DNA of 64,000 bases from Octopus vulgaris (Eukaryota), in assembly GCA_951406725.2 (NCBI GenBank), contig OX597823.1, forward strand, positions 58,466,001-58,530,000. The letters run 5' to 3'. Under the pieces are notes generated by a model. It was given only the letters and a program-made list of their open reading frames with translations, ran no database searches and was not told the origin of the DNA. Below are positions 12,351 to 24,516 of the stretch, piece by piece. The position numbers and the translations under genes are program-made. How positions within the stretch are numbered: position 1 is the first letter of the stretch; the number at the start of each line of letters is the position of its first letter.

Positions 12351-13238
12351 GTTCTGCTGACAGTAGCAGTTCCATGCTTCTTTTTTTGTGCCAGCAAGGT
12401 CAGGTGTGCCACTATCATTTCTATACTTTCCCCAGTGATTTCTTGATTTACACTGACATATTGTTTTGCTATACAGAATCATTTTAAATATATGACCTTC
12501 GCATCGCAACATATACCTGATGTCTAGTATCTCTGTTTAGCTACCTGATATTGTTCCTTGCTCCCACTTTCCTTCTAATCTTTATAAGCCTGTCTTTTTC
12601 TTTTTTGATCCTTTCTCTTGTACTGTTCCACCATATCACCTTCCATTTGACTAGAATCTTACTACATCCACAGACATAGTGTGTAGTTTTTCAGAAGGTT
12701 GACTCTTAGAAATCTGTTCCCTTTTTTGTTATGCATCAAGTAGTATTCTTTGAAACTCTATATGGCTAAGGTATCTTTCTGCTTCTGTACTCGCCTCCAG
12801 ATTGTATTGTCTTTGGAGTCCTATCTCTTTTCTTGAAGTTGCTGATTGCTTCTCTTTGTTGAATGGTACATTCTTCACTGGAGAAAAACTAAGTGTTCAC
12901 AGCCATCTATCTATCCCATTTCTTCACTGGAGAAAGACTATGTTCGCAACCATCCATCTATTCTATCTCCTGAAGTCTATTTGACTTGAATGTTTGTCTG
13001 ATCCATAGATGTTCATGTGATTAGCTGGTTCTGTTTATCGAACTTCAAGAATCTTGATTTGATTTTATTCTTTGTTCCTTCTCTATTGCTTCTATGTGCA
13101 TTGGAACTATTATCATGGTGTTACCTAATATGACCATTATTAAGGTGACCAACCATGATAATAAAGTTAGTCTTTAGTTCTTGAAATTGCCTGCAAGAAG
13201 ACCTCATAGAAATGATCGACCTATATAAAGTTTTATCC

Positions 13239-13282
13239 CTAATTAGTGACGCGCATGAATGGATCAACGAGATTCCCACTGT
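13239..13282 (+). pseudogene. 44-nt fragment of 28S (LSU) rRNA
   Basis: CTAATTAGTGACGCGCATGAATGGATCAACGAGATTCCCACTGT matches the highly conserved eukaryotic LSU segment just 3' of the R2 target site (from recall); flanks are not rDNA. Confidence 0.85.
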
Positions 13283-13949
13283 TTAGTAGTCTATTCTACT
13301 AAAGTCTCAAGTTGGTCCTTGTGAATGGAGACTACCAAAGTCAGATATGTATCTGATTTTGTCTTCAGTAGAAGGGACTTGCCCAAGCTGTTGCTCATAA
13401 AGATGATCCTTAAACCAATAATCTCTGTTTATGTATAGGCCTTTTCCATGAGGTCCTCTTGCATATTTCACAGACAGAACCCTCTCCCCAACTCTGTATA
13501 CACTCTTCTGTATGTGTAGTTGTCTCTGTCCATGTCTGTGTTTATGTTTACTTGTGTACAGTGTGTCATCGAGTTGCATCTTGGGTCACTATGGTTTATA
13601 AAAGGCTTGTTACTTAGGCTGGAATAATCATCTGTGCTCCATCTTGGCCACAGTCCAATGACTGAAACCAGTAAAATGAATATATGTTTTAATCGTACCA
13701 CTGGGAACAAAACCACTTGTAGTAGAGTTTGTTTATTTATTGGCAGTTGATTCATTGAAGCTGAGCTGTTTGCATGACTACACACAAGCAGGGATATCAG
13801 AATGATGATGATTGATGTGTGTGTGTGTATGTATATGTATGTATATATATATGTGTATATATATATATATATATATACGGCCCTGATTATGGTATGGAAG
13901 TGATAAATTCTAGGCCATGCTGACTAACATTATTTTCCCTATATAAAAA

Positions 13950-14137
13950 CTTGCCGGTGGCATGTAAAAAGCACCCACTACACTCACGGAGTAGTTGGTG
14001 TTAGGAAGGGCATCCAGCCGTAAAAACATTGCCAGATCAGACTGGGCCTGGTGCAGCCTTCTGGCTTCCCAGACCCCAGTTGAACCGTCCAACCCATGCT
14101 AGCATGGAAAGCGGATGCTAAACGATGATGATGATGA
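13950..14137 (+). mobile_element. RTE 3' end with (GAT)n tail
   Basis: Near-identical to 39855-40049. Confidence 0.85.
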
Positions 14138-14147
14138 TATATATATA

Positions 14148-14400
14148 TGGTGAAGATGCATGGCTTAGTGGTTAGGGTGTTGGACTTATGTTTGTAAGAT
14201 TTTGGTTTTGATTCTTGGACCTGGCATTGTGTTCTTGAGCAAAACACTTCATTTCTTGTTGCTCCAGTCCACTCAGCTGGCAAAAATGAATAACCCTGCA
14301 AAGGACCGCCATCCTGTGCATGTGGGGAAATATATGCTTTGCAGAAACCTGGAAATCAGACGTATGATTCTATATGATTTGTGAAGGATCTTTTACCTCG
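14148..14400 (+). mobile_element. tRNA-derived SINE family C
   Basis: TGGCTTAGTGGTTAGG A box and GTGTTCTTGAGCAAAACACTT core; related copies at 19737, 47757, 49640 and 63735. Confidence 0.75.
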
Positions 14401-14854
14401 CCTCCCTTTGTTTTTTAAACCATTCTTGCATTGGTTTGGCAGGTCATCATAAACATAAGTCCCCCACCACTTATTGTTCATTATCATCTACTTTGATGTT
14501 CTGCCTCCTCAGATTATCACTTTGCTCAACTTCTGTCTTTTGCTTGATTTGTGGGTTCAAATCTTGAACAAGGTACTCCAATTTACATTGCTCTTGTATA
14601 CTCATTTGTAAGGAGTACCAGTTCTTTTTCCCCTCTACCTATCATATCCTAAATGTTCCACTAGGTCAGGAGTGAGAAAGGCCATAAGAGAGTGCCTGCC
14701 TGCTTGAGACCAGACAGGCACCTAAAACAATTAGTAAAAGCATGGTACTTGTCACCAAGCCAAACTCACTCAAGAATTTAGTTTATGAATAATGATGTGC
14801 TGGTTCTCTTGATGGAATTATTGGCGTTTATGTAGAATCACTGAATACTCTCTG

Positions 14855-15731
14855 TAGGGTATCCTAAAAGTCACTGATGGGTTTCAATTTTTAATAACTT
14901 CCTTAATTTTACAATTATATGCATGAAATCTTGGTACAATATAAAGGACATAATGGAAATTAATATGCACAAGTCAAATTTTGCAGCACCACTGCATCAT
15001 ATATGAAAAATGACATCACTTAAATGACAGCCATTTTCTGTGCTCTTTCTGAAACCTGCCCTATAACACCCACAAAAGTTTCAGACCCCACTTCTCTGAT
15101 TTCTCTGTTGATGTTCTCCTTCAGTTGCACCAGGCTCTCCAGTTTGTTTACATAAACCCTCTCTTTCAAGTATCCCCAGAAGAGAAAATCCAGGCTCGTC
15201 AAGTCTGGAGAACATGAAGGCCATTCAAAGTAGGCCTCACTCATGGTTCCAGCAAGATGAGGCAACTGCTCATACCACAACAGAAACAATGTGGTTGCTT
15301 CAGCAGTGCTCTAGAGAGAGAGAATAATCTTTCCCTACATCAATGTCAACTGGCTTTCATGTTACCCAGACTTGACTAGCCCAGATTTTTTTCTTGTGGG
15401 GATACGTGAAAGAGAGGGTTTAGGTCAACAAATCGGAGACCCTGGTGCAACTGAAGGAAAACATCAGCAAAGAAATCAGAGAAGTGGGGTCTAAATCTCT
15501 AAAGAGTGTTACAGTGCAAGTTTTGGAAAGAGCACGAGTGCGCGCAGCTGAAAATGGTTAACATTTAAGTGATGTCATTTTTCATATGTGATGTAGTGTT
15601 GTTGTAAAAAATAACTTGTGCATATTAATTTCCATTATGTCCTTTATATTGTATCAAAATTTCATGCATTTATTTCTAAAGTTAAAGAAGTTATTAAAAA
15701 TTGAAACGCATCAGTGACTTTTGGGACACTG
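14855..15731. mobile_element. Foldback Tc1/mariner (DD41D-type) element made of two inverted transposase 3' ends
   Basis: ~370-bp inverted arms from TIR (AGGGTATCCTAAAAGTCACTGATG / CATCAGTGACTTTTGGGACACTG) into coding sequence. The minus arm reads WPSCSPDLTSLDFLFWGYLKERVY; the plus arm reads WFQQDEATAHT...PDLTSPDFF (41-residue D-D spacing after correcting a 2-nt insertion). Confidence 0.85.
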
Positions 15732-16064
15732 TATAATGAAACATGAAAATTACTATTAAGCTGTTTTACCCTTTTTTTTTTCGTTCTTGAAAAGCTTGGC
15801 ATAAGTAGACTAAACTTTAACTGCCTTTGTTTCAGTTAATTTTGGAAATAGCGAAGAATTTAGTAAAATAACTCGGTCATTATTTAAACTGGTGATTGGA
15901 GCATAAGTTAATGTGGAAGTTTGAGGGAAGGTTTAAATGTAGACTGCTTTATGAAAGCAAATTTGCGTTAGAGACCTAATCGCATTCTTGGGTGGGTTGG
16001 TATGATACATGGGTTAATATGATTCCAGTAACTAAATCCACAAATATATTTGTATATTGTGATA

Positions 16065-16392
16065 CTCTGGGTAAGTGTCTTCTACTAAAGCATCAGGCTG
16101 ACCAAAGCCTTGTAAGTGGATTTGGTAGATGGAAACAGAAAGAAGCCCAATATATATGTGTATATCTATGTTTGTGTCCGTGTTTGCCCCCCTCCCAATT
16201 ACTGCTTGACAACCAGTGTGGGTGTGTTTATGTCTCCGTAACTTATTGGTTTGGCAGTAGTGACCGATAGAATAAGTACTAGTCTCTAATAAAGAAAAAT
16301 AAGTCCTGGAGTTGATTTGTTCAATAAAAACAAAAAGAAAACCTTCAAGGTGGTGCTCCAGCATGGCCGCAATCACAATGACAGAAACAAAA
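16065..16392 (+). mobile_element. SINE family A, 5'-truncated
   Basis: AAAGCCTTGTAAGTGGATTTGGTAGA ... GGTGCTCCAGCATGGCCGCA. Confidence 0.75.
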
Positions 16393-17024
16393 AAAAAATA
16401 TTGTGTAAGGTGCTTAATGTACAGATGAAAAAGATATGAAGATAAATATTGAAAACGTGGGTGCAGCATGCAGGAAGGTTGTTGGACAGCACTTAATAAT
16501 CTGTATATGTGCTATGTGCATTCATTAAAAATGCAGTTGTCTGAGAACATCATTAACTAGTGTAGCAGCTACACGTATGGTATAAAGTATGAACAGAAAA
16601 AGCTGAAGATGTTGATCTCTAAATCTTGGAAATGCTATGTAGAAGTTTGAAAATGCCTTGGTTACTTTGGTGACTTGTCGGAAGGAGTGTGTGGTGGGCT
16701 GGGTTTGATGACAGCATATGAGACGTGCATGGAAGAATTTCTAGTAACTGAGTGATTTTTGCTAATGGAAAGGTATGTACTGCAAGTGTGAGATGTGTTT
16801 TGAATTATGGGAATGAGCGGGCATGGCTGTGTGGTTAGGGAGCTTGCTTCCTAGCTACATGGTTTCAGGTTCAGTCCCACTGCGTGGCACTTTGGGTAGG
16901 TGTCTTCTGCTATAGCCCCGAGCCGACCGAAGCTTTGTGATTGAATTTGGTAGGTGGAAGTTACTGCCATGTGTGTAGGTGCTCAGTGCCTCTCCGAAAG
17001 AGAGAGAGAGGGAGACATGGTTAA

Positions 17025-17274
17025 CCCTTTGAGCCCTGACCTTCTGAACCTTATTTGATCATATATCTGGCACTCCACCGGTAGAGTGTCGCTACTGTAT
17101 AGAGTATAATAAGCCGTAAACCAATGTTACAGGCTCAAAGGGTTAATGGACATGGTGCCTTGACTTCCTGAATCTTATTTGACCATATACCTGGCAGTCC
17201 ACCGGTAGAGTGGTGCTACAGTATAGAGAAAAATAAGCCATCCACTGGTAAACCAGTGTTAGGGGCTGAAAGGG
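17025..17274. mobile_element. Tiny piggyBac-type MITE, tandemly duplicated with its flank
   Basis: TTAA|CCCTTTGAGCC ... GGCTCAAAGGG|TTAA (~118 bp), then a second diverged copy (CCACCGGTAGAGTG, AAGGGTTAATG-ACATGG). Confidence 0.7.
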
Positions 17275-17530
17275 TTAATGAACATGGAGATGCAGGGAAG
17301 GCTGGGAAGAAAATGAAAACAAATGGTTTGGTGTTAATGAGCAGAGTATTGCTGAGTGGGAAGAATAGGAACTGTATTACAGTCAGTGGGGATAGATGAT
17401 ACTGTGGTGAGAAAGGGTATGAATTAGCTGAGAAAGGGATCAAAATGATTGGGTGAGTATGGAGTGATGGAAATGAATGTTGGAAGAAGTAGTGGAAGGG
17501 AATAACTGAGAAAGATGACGGAGGAGGAGT

Positions 17531-17700
17531 AGCATGTAAAAAGCACTTACACTCTCGGAGTGGCTTGCGTTAGGAAGGGAATCCAGCTGTAGAAACATTG
17601 CCAGATCAGATTGGAGCCTGATGCGGCCCACTGGCTCTCCAGACCTCAGTCAAACCGTCCAACTTGTGCCAGCATGGAAAATGGATGTTAAATGATGATG
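17531..17700 (+). mobile_element. RTE 3' end
   Basis: Same 3'UTR motifs and ATG-repeat tail as other copies. Confidence 0.8.
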
Positions 17701-17725
17701 AGATTGGTTTATGTGGTGGGATGTA

Positions 17726-18204
17726 GAAAGTTAAGGAAAAATTTGTGCGCCATGTTAAAATAATGCTTTTTAAAAATATTTTTGTGGTGTGTGTGATCAT
17801 GTTATGTTCAATAGTTACTCACTGTTGAAAAGTACCCAAGACTTGTTCTTTGAAAACGTACTTTGTCTCAACAAGATCAAAGAATTGGATGGTGTGGAAG
17901 TTCTGCCACATCCAGCCTATAGTCCAGGCATTGCTCCATCTGACTACGGTCTCTTCCAATCAATGCAACACTTTTTGAAAGGTCACCAATTTGAGTCCTT
18001 CGATGAAGATGAAGAAGCCTGTCAAGAATTTTTCAATTCAAAGCTGAAGAATTGGTACTTTGACCAAATCTGAAAGCTTGCAGATCATTAGCAGAAAGTC
18101 GTGGAAAATGATGGTCTTTATTTTGAAGAATTGTTGTTTTTGAATAAATTCTTGCATAAAAATCATTATTTTAACACAGCGCACAAACTTTTTCCTCAAC
18201 CTAG
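17726..18204 (+). mobile_element. Internally deleted mariner transposon
   Basis: TIRs (GTTAAGGAAAAATTTGTGCGC-ATGTTAAAATAATG / CATTATTTTAACACAGCGCACAAACTTTTTCCTCAAC) with TA flanks; ORF 17789-18073 contains EVLPHPAYSPGIAPSDYGLF (mariner YSPDLAPxD motif). Confidence 0.9.
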
Positions 18205-18322
18205 TAAAAAAGACAGGCGCAAGACCTTCAATGCTAATCTTTGTTTCAACATAGAAAATTGCCTTACCTTGCAATGCTGACTCTAGATTCTTTTATGAAG
18301 TTAGATAAGTGTCATTAATGTA

Positions 18323-19140
18323 CCGTAATTCCTCGATATAAGAGTTAACTTGTTCCCAGAGACTGCTGGTAAAGTGGAAACTTGTGAAGCAGAGCAATAA
18401 TTTCCCATAGTAGCAATGTTATAAATTGTAATTTCTTCCCAGAATAATATTTTGCTTATAAAGTTTATAATGCTCGTAAATAAATGGCTATAAAACAACA
18501 GTAGATTGTAAAGAATGTCAAGATCATTTATAATAAAAGATATTATTATAATTGTTTTCTGAAACACTTTTACTCGCAGTAGATTCGTGCACACCGTCAC
18601 TTGTAGACGGGATCGCCGATTCGCAAGCACTCACAGACAGGGCTGTGGAGTTGGAGTTGGAAACAATTAAGGGGGCAGCCGGAGTCAGTTGGTAAAACCA
18701 TACCGACTCTGATTCCGACTTGCAATGTCTTTATTCTTTAATATAAACCAGTTATAACATATAGGCCTACTCAAAGTACAAGTGTATGCATATGCTTTAT
18801 GAGATATGTGGACCACAATCACTTAATTACATAAAGGGGAGTCGGAGGTGAAAATAGTACAGGAGTTCGAGTCGAAGTTTTTTGTTTCAACTCTATAGCC
18901 CTGCTTACAGACAGACTTATAGATTTCTTTTTAAAAAACAAGTCGAGAGTTGTTTGCTTAGAAAAAGCTTTTTTTCACTTACAATAAATTTTTCAGTAAT
19001 ACGCAGAAGCATTTATTATGATAGTAGAAACTTTTGCACTTCATTCAAAATTTGGCTGTTTAACCCTTTTATATTTATTTTAAAACAGCTCGTAAACCAG
19101 GATCTCGTAAACTGGGTCCTCTTAATGTTAGGTATTACTG
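18323..19140. mobile_element. pogo/Tigger-like non-autonomous element
   Basis: TA|CCGTAATTCCTCGATATAAGAG ... CTCTTAATGTTAGGTATTACTG|TA imperfect TIRs. Confidence 0.6.
18638..18903. mobile_element. hAT-type MITE nested in the pogo-like element
   Basis: CAGGGCTGTGGAGTTG ... CAACTCTATAGCCCTG TIRs; 8-bp TSD CTCACAGA / CTTACAGA; internal GGAGTCGG repeats. Confidence 0.8.
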
Positions 19141-19342
19141 TATGTCATTTGCATACCCGTTTGGATTGTTATCTCTATTTACTTGCATGTATTTCTATTC
19201 ATTACAAACACGAATACACATAATTAGAATATCATGTAGTAATATGGGTGAAAAAAAACCCCAGAGAACTAATAATATAAGTCATTCTATGACTTGAACC
19301 TGCAAATTTGGATAGGCACTGTTGCTGGATGTCTCATTTATT

Positions 19343-19722
19343 GCCAGTAGGTGTGGCTGTGTGGTAAGAAGCTTGCTTACAAACCACATGTTTCCGGGTT
19401 CAGTCCCACTGTGTGGCATCTTGGGCAAGTGTCTTCTACTATAGCCTCGGGCCGACCAAAGCCTTGTGAGTGGATTTGGTAGACGGAAACTGAAAGAAGC
19501 CTGTCGTATATATGTGTATATATGATGATATGTGTGTATATGTTTGTGTTTGTCCCCCCCAACATCGCTTGGCAACCAATGCTGATGTATTTGCGGTTCT
19601 GCAAAAGAGATTTATAGAATAAGTACTAGGCTTACAAAGAATAAGTTCTGGGGTTGATTTGCTCGACTAAAGGCGGTGCTCCAGCATAGCCACAGTCAAA
19701 TGAGCAAAACAAGTAAAAGAGT
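19343..19722 (+). mobile_element. SINE family A, near full length
   Basis: TGGCTGTGTGGTAAG, GGTTCAGTCCC, central (TA/TG)n, GTAAAAGAG tail. Confidence 0.9.
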
Positions 19723-19736
19723 ACCTCTCATTTATG

Positions 19737-20030
19737 AAGGTGTGTGGCATAGTGGTGTTAGGATGTTGCACTCACAATTGCTAAATCATGGGTTTGATTC
19801 CTGGACTGGGCAACGCATTGTGTTCTTGAGCAAAACACTTCATTTCACGTTACTCCTATCCATTCAGCTCTAAACAGGTAACCCTGTGATGGAATAGCCT
19901 TCCAATCAGGGAATGTTGGCCTGCTTGCCTAACCAGTGGAATGTCATCATTCAAAAGTTATAACGATGCAAAGTATGTTGTGATCAGTGATGTAGGACAT
20001 CTGATTGTCTGGCTAATCTCACGATTTCTT
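19737..20030 (+). mobile_element. SINE family C
   Basis: TGGCATAGTGG A box, GGTTTGATTCC B box, GTGTTCTTGAGCAAAACACTT. Confidence 0.7.
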
Positions 20031-20294
20031 ATTCACTGTATACAAGACCTAATTCAGCTTTAGATACTAATCTATGTGAGTTCACTCTTGATTCTCTGAT
20101 GCAAATCTCCCTTTTTAAAATGTTCTTATTCATCTCAAGCATGTTTCTGTATATGAAACTTTCAATCAGTTATATTCCAAACATCCTTTTAATAGTAAAA
20201 TAGTTTGCCATTTTAGTGAAAATTTCATCTCCAAATTTTCAACTTTCACAATTTATTTGAAGCACATTGGCAATATGTATTTCATTAGAAAAAA

Positions 20295-20537
20295 GCTGGT
20301 GAGCTGGTACAAAATCACTAACACACTGAGCAAAATGATTACTCTTTTACTCTTGTTTCAGTCATTTGACTGCGGCCATGCTGGAGCACCGCCTTTAAAT
20401 TATTGATATTTTGTTTGCCTTTGTTTTGATTTTAAATTCCATCAAGGTCGACTTTGCCTTTCATCCTTTCAGGGTTGATATAATTGATTTACCTCTCCCC
20501 TGAAACTTCTGGCCTTGTGCCAAAGTTTGAAACCAAT
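20295..20537 (+). mobile_element. SINE family B with TSD and a nested minus-strand family A tail
   Basis: TATTTCATTAGAAA on both sides; the 20341-20397 segment is the reverse complement of the family A 3' end. Confidence 0.7.
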
Positions 20538-20943
20538 ATATTTCATTAGAAAGGGTTGCATGAATCCTTGGAGGGGAATTAATGAGCTTTACTGCTTGGA
20601 CTGTTGCACAGGGAAATGATGAAAATCAAATCATTGGTGACACAATTTTAATTATAATCATTAAAAAAATGCTGTAAATATAGTAGAGTTATGTGGACAA
20701 AATTAATGGTTTGTATTGAGTGTACATGCTTGATTCTGTTGTCACAGAAATTTGTTTACATCCTGTGTAAAAAGATCTTGTGCTGGTGCCACATAAAAAG
20801 CACTGTGAAGTGGTTGGCATTTGGAAGGGTTTCTAGATGTAGAAACCATTCCAAAACAAACACTTGAAGTCTGATGCAGCTCTTTGGCTTGCAAGTTTCT
20901 GTCAAACTGTCCAATCCATGCCAGCATAGAAAACAGATGTTAA

Positions 20944-21119
20944 CCCTTTAGCATTCAGATTATTCTGTTAAATTTGACGCTTATTTATTCACATTGATTT
21001 GAATTAATCATGTATCTTCTTGCAGCTTTGAGGTTTCCATGATGTTATTGCTTATTTTTAGAAGAACATTATAGGGTAGATGTGAGAGGTTGCATCTGGT
21101 TGGTTTGATTGCTAAAGGG
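20944..21119 (+). mobile_element. piggyBac-type MITE
   Basis: TTAA|CCCTTTAGCA ... TGCTAAAGGG|TTAA, inserted in the tail of an RTE 3' end (20780-20940). Confidence 0.8.
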
Positions 21120-21974
21120 TTAAATGATAGGGTTAAAGAAAGGAATGCTTCGACGGATCAGTGAACTTATGCTGAGAGAGAGAGGAAGGAAAATGGTGAA
21201 TTACAAGGAATGATGTTGACGGTTGATGATTAACGTGTAAAAAATGGAATGAGTCGGCTGAATGAGAGGAGTGATTGAAATGGATGTGGAAGGATACAGA
21301 AGCAGGGAATAGCTGAGAATGATGCGGATAACAGAGAAAGGAATAAGAGCAGCAGGGTGGTTGGTTTGTGTTAGGGTAGGATATGAAAGATAGAGCGAAA
21401 TGGAGGAAACTGGCATGAAGCTCTCAGTGTTGACCCTTGCTTTGAGCACAAAAAAATTGTCTTAGTCTGCAGTGCTGACTTTTAGATCCTCCTGTGGAAG
21501 ATCATTTTATAATGAAATGATTTATTTCTCCAGATTCTTATTTTTACAATTTATTGAAGCAGATAAGCTGTGTATTTCATAAGAAACAGTTACAGGAAGT
21601 CTTGGAGAGGAATTAACAAATGTTACCGCTTCAACTGTTGCACAGGAGAATCTTGAAGATGAAAACTATTCAAGACAAAATATTCCCTTGATTAGGCTGC
21701 CATTTCTATTGCTGATAAGATTTCTCAGTAATCTGGTAGCTTTTCCTGGGAATTTGGTGAAATGAGTGATGGAGAATTATATATACAGCTCAAACACACT
21801 GCAAACTAACTGAAGAGAATGATGTAGGGTAGTTATCTTCTTGGTTGTTATGTCTTTGAGCCTAAATCAAAGGCTAGGTAAGACATCTTGTTTGATTGTT
21901 GAGTGGAAATTATCTTCTGACTTCAAGGTTTTATGTTTTAATCTAGAAACCTTGTTGTCATGGAGGAATTGTAT

Positions 21975-22310
21975 CACTATGTGATAAGAAGTCTGCTTCC
22001 CAACCACATGGTTCTAGGTTCAGTTCCACTGCATGGCATCTTGGGACAAGTGTCTTTTACTATAGCCCTTGGCCAATCATTGTCATGTGAGTGGATTTGG
22101 TTGACAGAAACTAAGAGAGGCCCATTGTGTGTGTGTATTTGTGTTGGTTTCTTTACATCTTTGTAACTTAGCAGTTTAGCATAAAGAGACCAATAGAACA
22201 ATTTACCAGGCTGAGGGGGGAAAAAGTATTGAGGTTGATTTGTTCAACTAAACCCTTCATGGTGGTCCCTAGAATGGCTGTAATCTAATGACTGAAACCA
22301 GTAAACGATA
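21975..22310 (+). mobile_element. Old SINE family A
   Basis: CCCAACCACATGGTTCTAGGTTCAGTTCCACTG and downstream family blocks. Confidence 0.7.
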
Positions 22311-22501
22311 CATCTTGTTAGTTAAATGTTAGGGCACTTGTGAATTTTGACACAAACTAAGGTGTAAGTTTTTAAAACGATTAAAGTGGTTATTGAAGGT
22401 TTCTGTTTACCTTAGTGACCATGTATTTTTGCATGTGTGAGAAGTTGTAGAGCTAAGAGCTTTACATGTGGGGCAAGAAATATCATTTTCAAATTGGGTA
22501 A

Positions 22502-22719
22502 CCCTTTAACATTTGGATTATTCTGTTAAATATAATGCCTATTTATTTATATTGATCAATTTCAATTAAACAAGCATTATCTCATAGCTTTGAGATCTAC
22601 TACCTTTCAGTTTTAGAATGACATTGTAGGGTACGTGTGACAGGCTGGATCTTGTTAGTTTAAACATAAAGTAGGCAAAATATATTGGCCGGATATGACC
22701 AGTTTAAATGATAATGGGT
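22502..22719 (+). mobile_element. piggyBac-type MITE (diverged)
   Basis: CCCTTTAACATT ... AATGATAATGGG|TTAA with the family body. Confidence 0.7.
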
Positions 22720-22824
22720 TAAACCTTAGGAACTATTCATGTTAGTCAAGGGAATTGGTGAAAGCTGGAATTTAGTATAGTCATGAAAATTTACTGTATG
22801 CATCTTTTGTAATGTTATTTTTAG

Positions 22825-22854
22825 GAGATATTCTCATGTCAGCCAGTCAGATTT
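22825..22854 (+). CDS. Candidate 30-nt microexon
   Basis: TGTTATTTTTAG|GAGATATTCTCATGTCAGCCAGTCAGATTT|GTAAGT; length is a multiple of 3, no stops; reads (R)RYSHVSQSD in the phase of exon 2890-3008. Confidence 0.35.
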
Positions 22855-24516
22855 GTAAGTGGTGGTTATTCATTGAGATTGATCTGTCTACATCTTTCAG
22901 TTTTATCTCTGTAAATAAATAGTTATGATAAGCAAATAAAATTTTAGATTATTAATGATTGGCATACTTTAATTGGACTGACCATTGAGGTGAAAAACAG
23001 AAGTGGTGTCCAGCAATTGGCCTTTTTGATATCAGTCCACCTGAGACTACTCTTTGGTTTCAATGATACTGAACTGTCTGTTTTCAAGTATTCCTGTCTT
23101 TAATTGAAATTGTCCATTGTGATATATATGCAGAAATCTATTTTTTGTCATGTTTATAAACCAATACACAGAAAAGTTTAATTAAAATGTAGGGTTAGAA
23201 TTTTGTTAGAAATATACATACAAAAGGGTTGCAATGGTTTCTATCATAAAAAGCCCTGTAAAATACCAGTTTCTAAGCAGAGTTGTTGTTTTTATCCCAG
23301 ATCAGTTCTGATTGTATAGACCTATAATCAAAGGCATTTCAGATATAATTTACCAAGTACAATGTTATCAAATATATCCTTTGTTTTTCCTAAGTTAAGA
23401 ACAGGTCGCCAGTATACAGTTAAAGACATTAAGTCTATGGCCTTGTCTTCATTATTTGTATAAAGGTTTGCAGATAATTTGTATGTCGTCGGTATACTTC
23501 TTGGTAGTCTGAGAAAAACAGTTGCACAATTTCTTGCTGAACAACCTGGATGGATGATCCTTTTATAGTGATCAAATGATTGTGCTATACTTGAGCTCAT
23601 TCCCTCCATTGAATTGACATTAAATGTACAGGTGCACAGTATGCCACACGTTAGATGTTGAACTGTTCACAGAGTAATGTAATATGAAGTGCTTTTACGC
23701 AAAAGTACAATGCCCTGTCTGATCAGGGAATCAAAACTATGATCTCTTGATTGTGAGTGCAACACCCAAACCACTGAGCCAGATGCCCCTACTTCACTGG
23801 TATAACAAGGTAGAAGTAAAATAGCCAAATATACTTGCTATTGAACTATCACGTGAGTCCAGATACGCTGAGCAGTGTTTCGTTGTGTCTCTGTTCAGAA
23901 TACATTATTCCACATTGCCTTGACTATTTATGTATCTGTTAGGAATGTGTATGAAATCAGGTGGAAACATCACTTGTTAACCTCTCAGAAAATGTATATC
24001 ACATTTGCTTAATGCCCTTAAACCAGAACTAAATGCCAATATTAAAAGGTCCTTTGGGGCTTTATGTGGTTTTCTCACATTTACTTTCTCTCATGACGAT
24101 TTTCAGTATTGTGCGACTTAGACCTCTTCTATTTAACTAAATTATTGTTCTTGTATATTTGAGGAATTTTTTTTTTTCTATTCGTAGCACATGTTCTCTC
24201 TGTGATTAAACTCAAGTGTGTATGGATATACATATATATACATGTATACGCATGTATGTATATGAATAGGCTTGTGTGCATGCATATATATATATATATG
24301 TGTGTGTATGTATGTATGAATGTATAATATAATGGAATAAGCAGTACAAGAGAAGACATGTAGGATAGAAAGTTGTTGAAGAGGTCACAGGATGTGTGAC
24401 AAAAGTGTTCTGAAACTAAAATAATAATGATAATGGAACTGAAGTTAAAACCAAATATATGGTGCATGTGTTTACTTGGCCAAATATGACCATTCCCGAG
24501 TATAACAGTGTATATA

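Noticed and set aside
13108-13163. TTAAGGTGACCAA resembling the R2 target TTAAGGTAGCCAA upstream of the 28S fragment
   Set aside because: Spacing does not match rDNA and it is one arm of a small local hairpin; probably coincidence.
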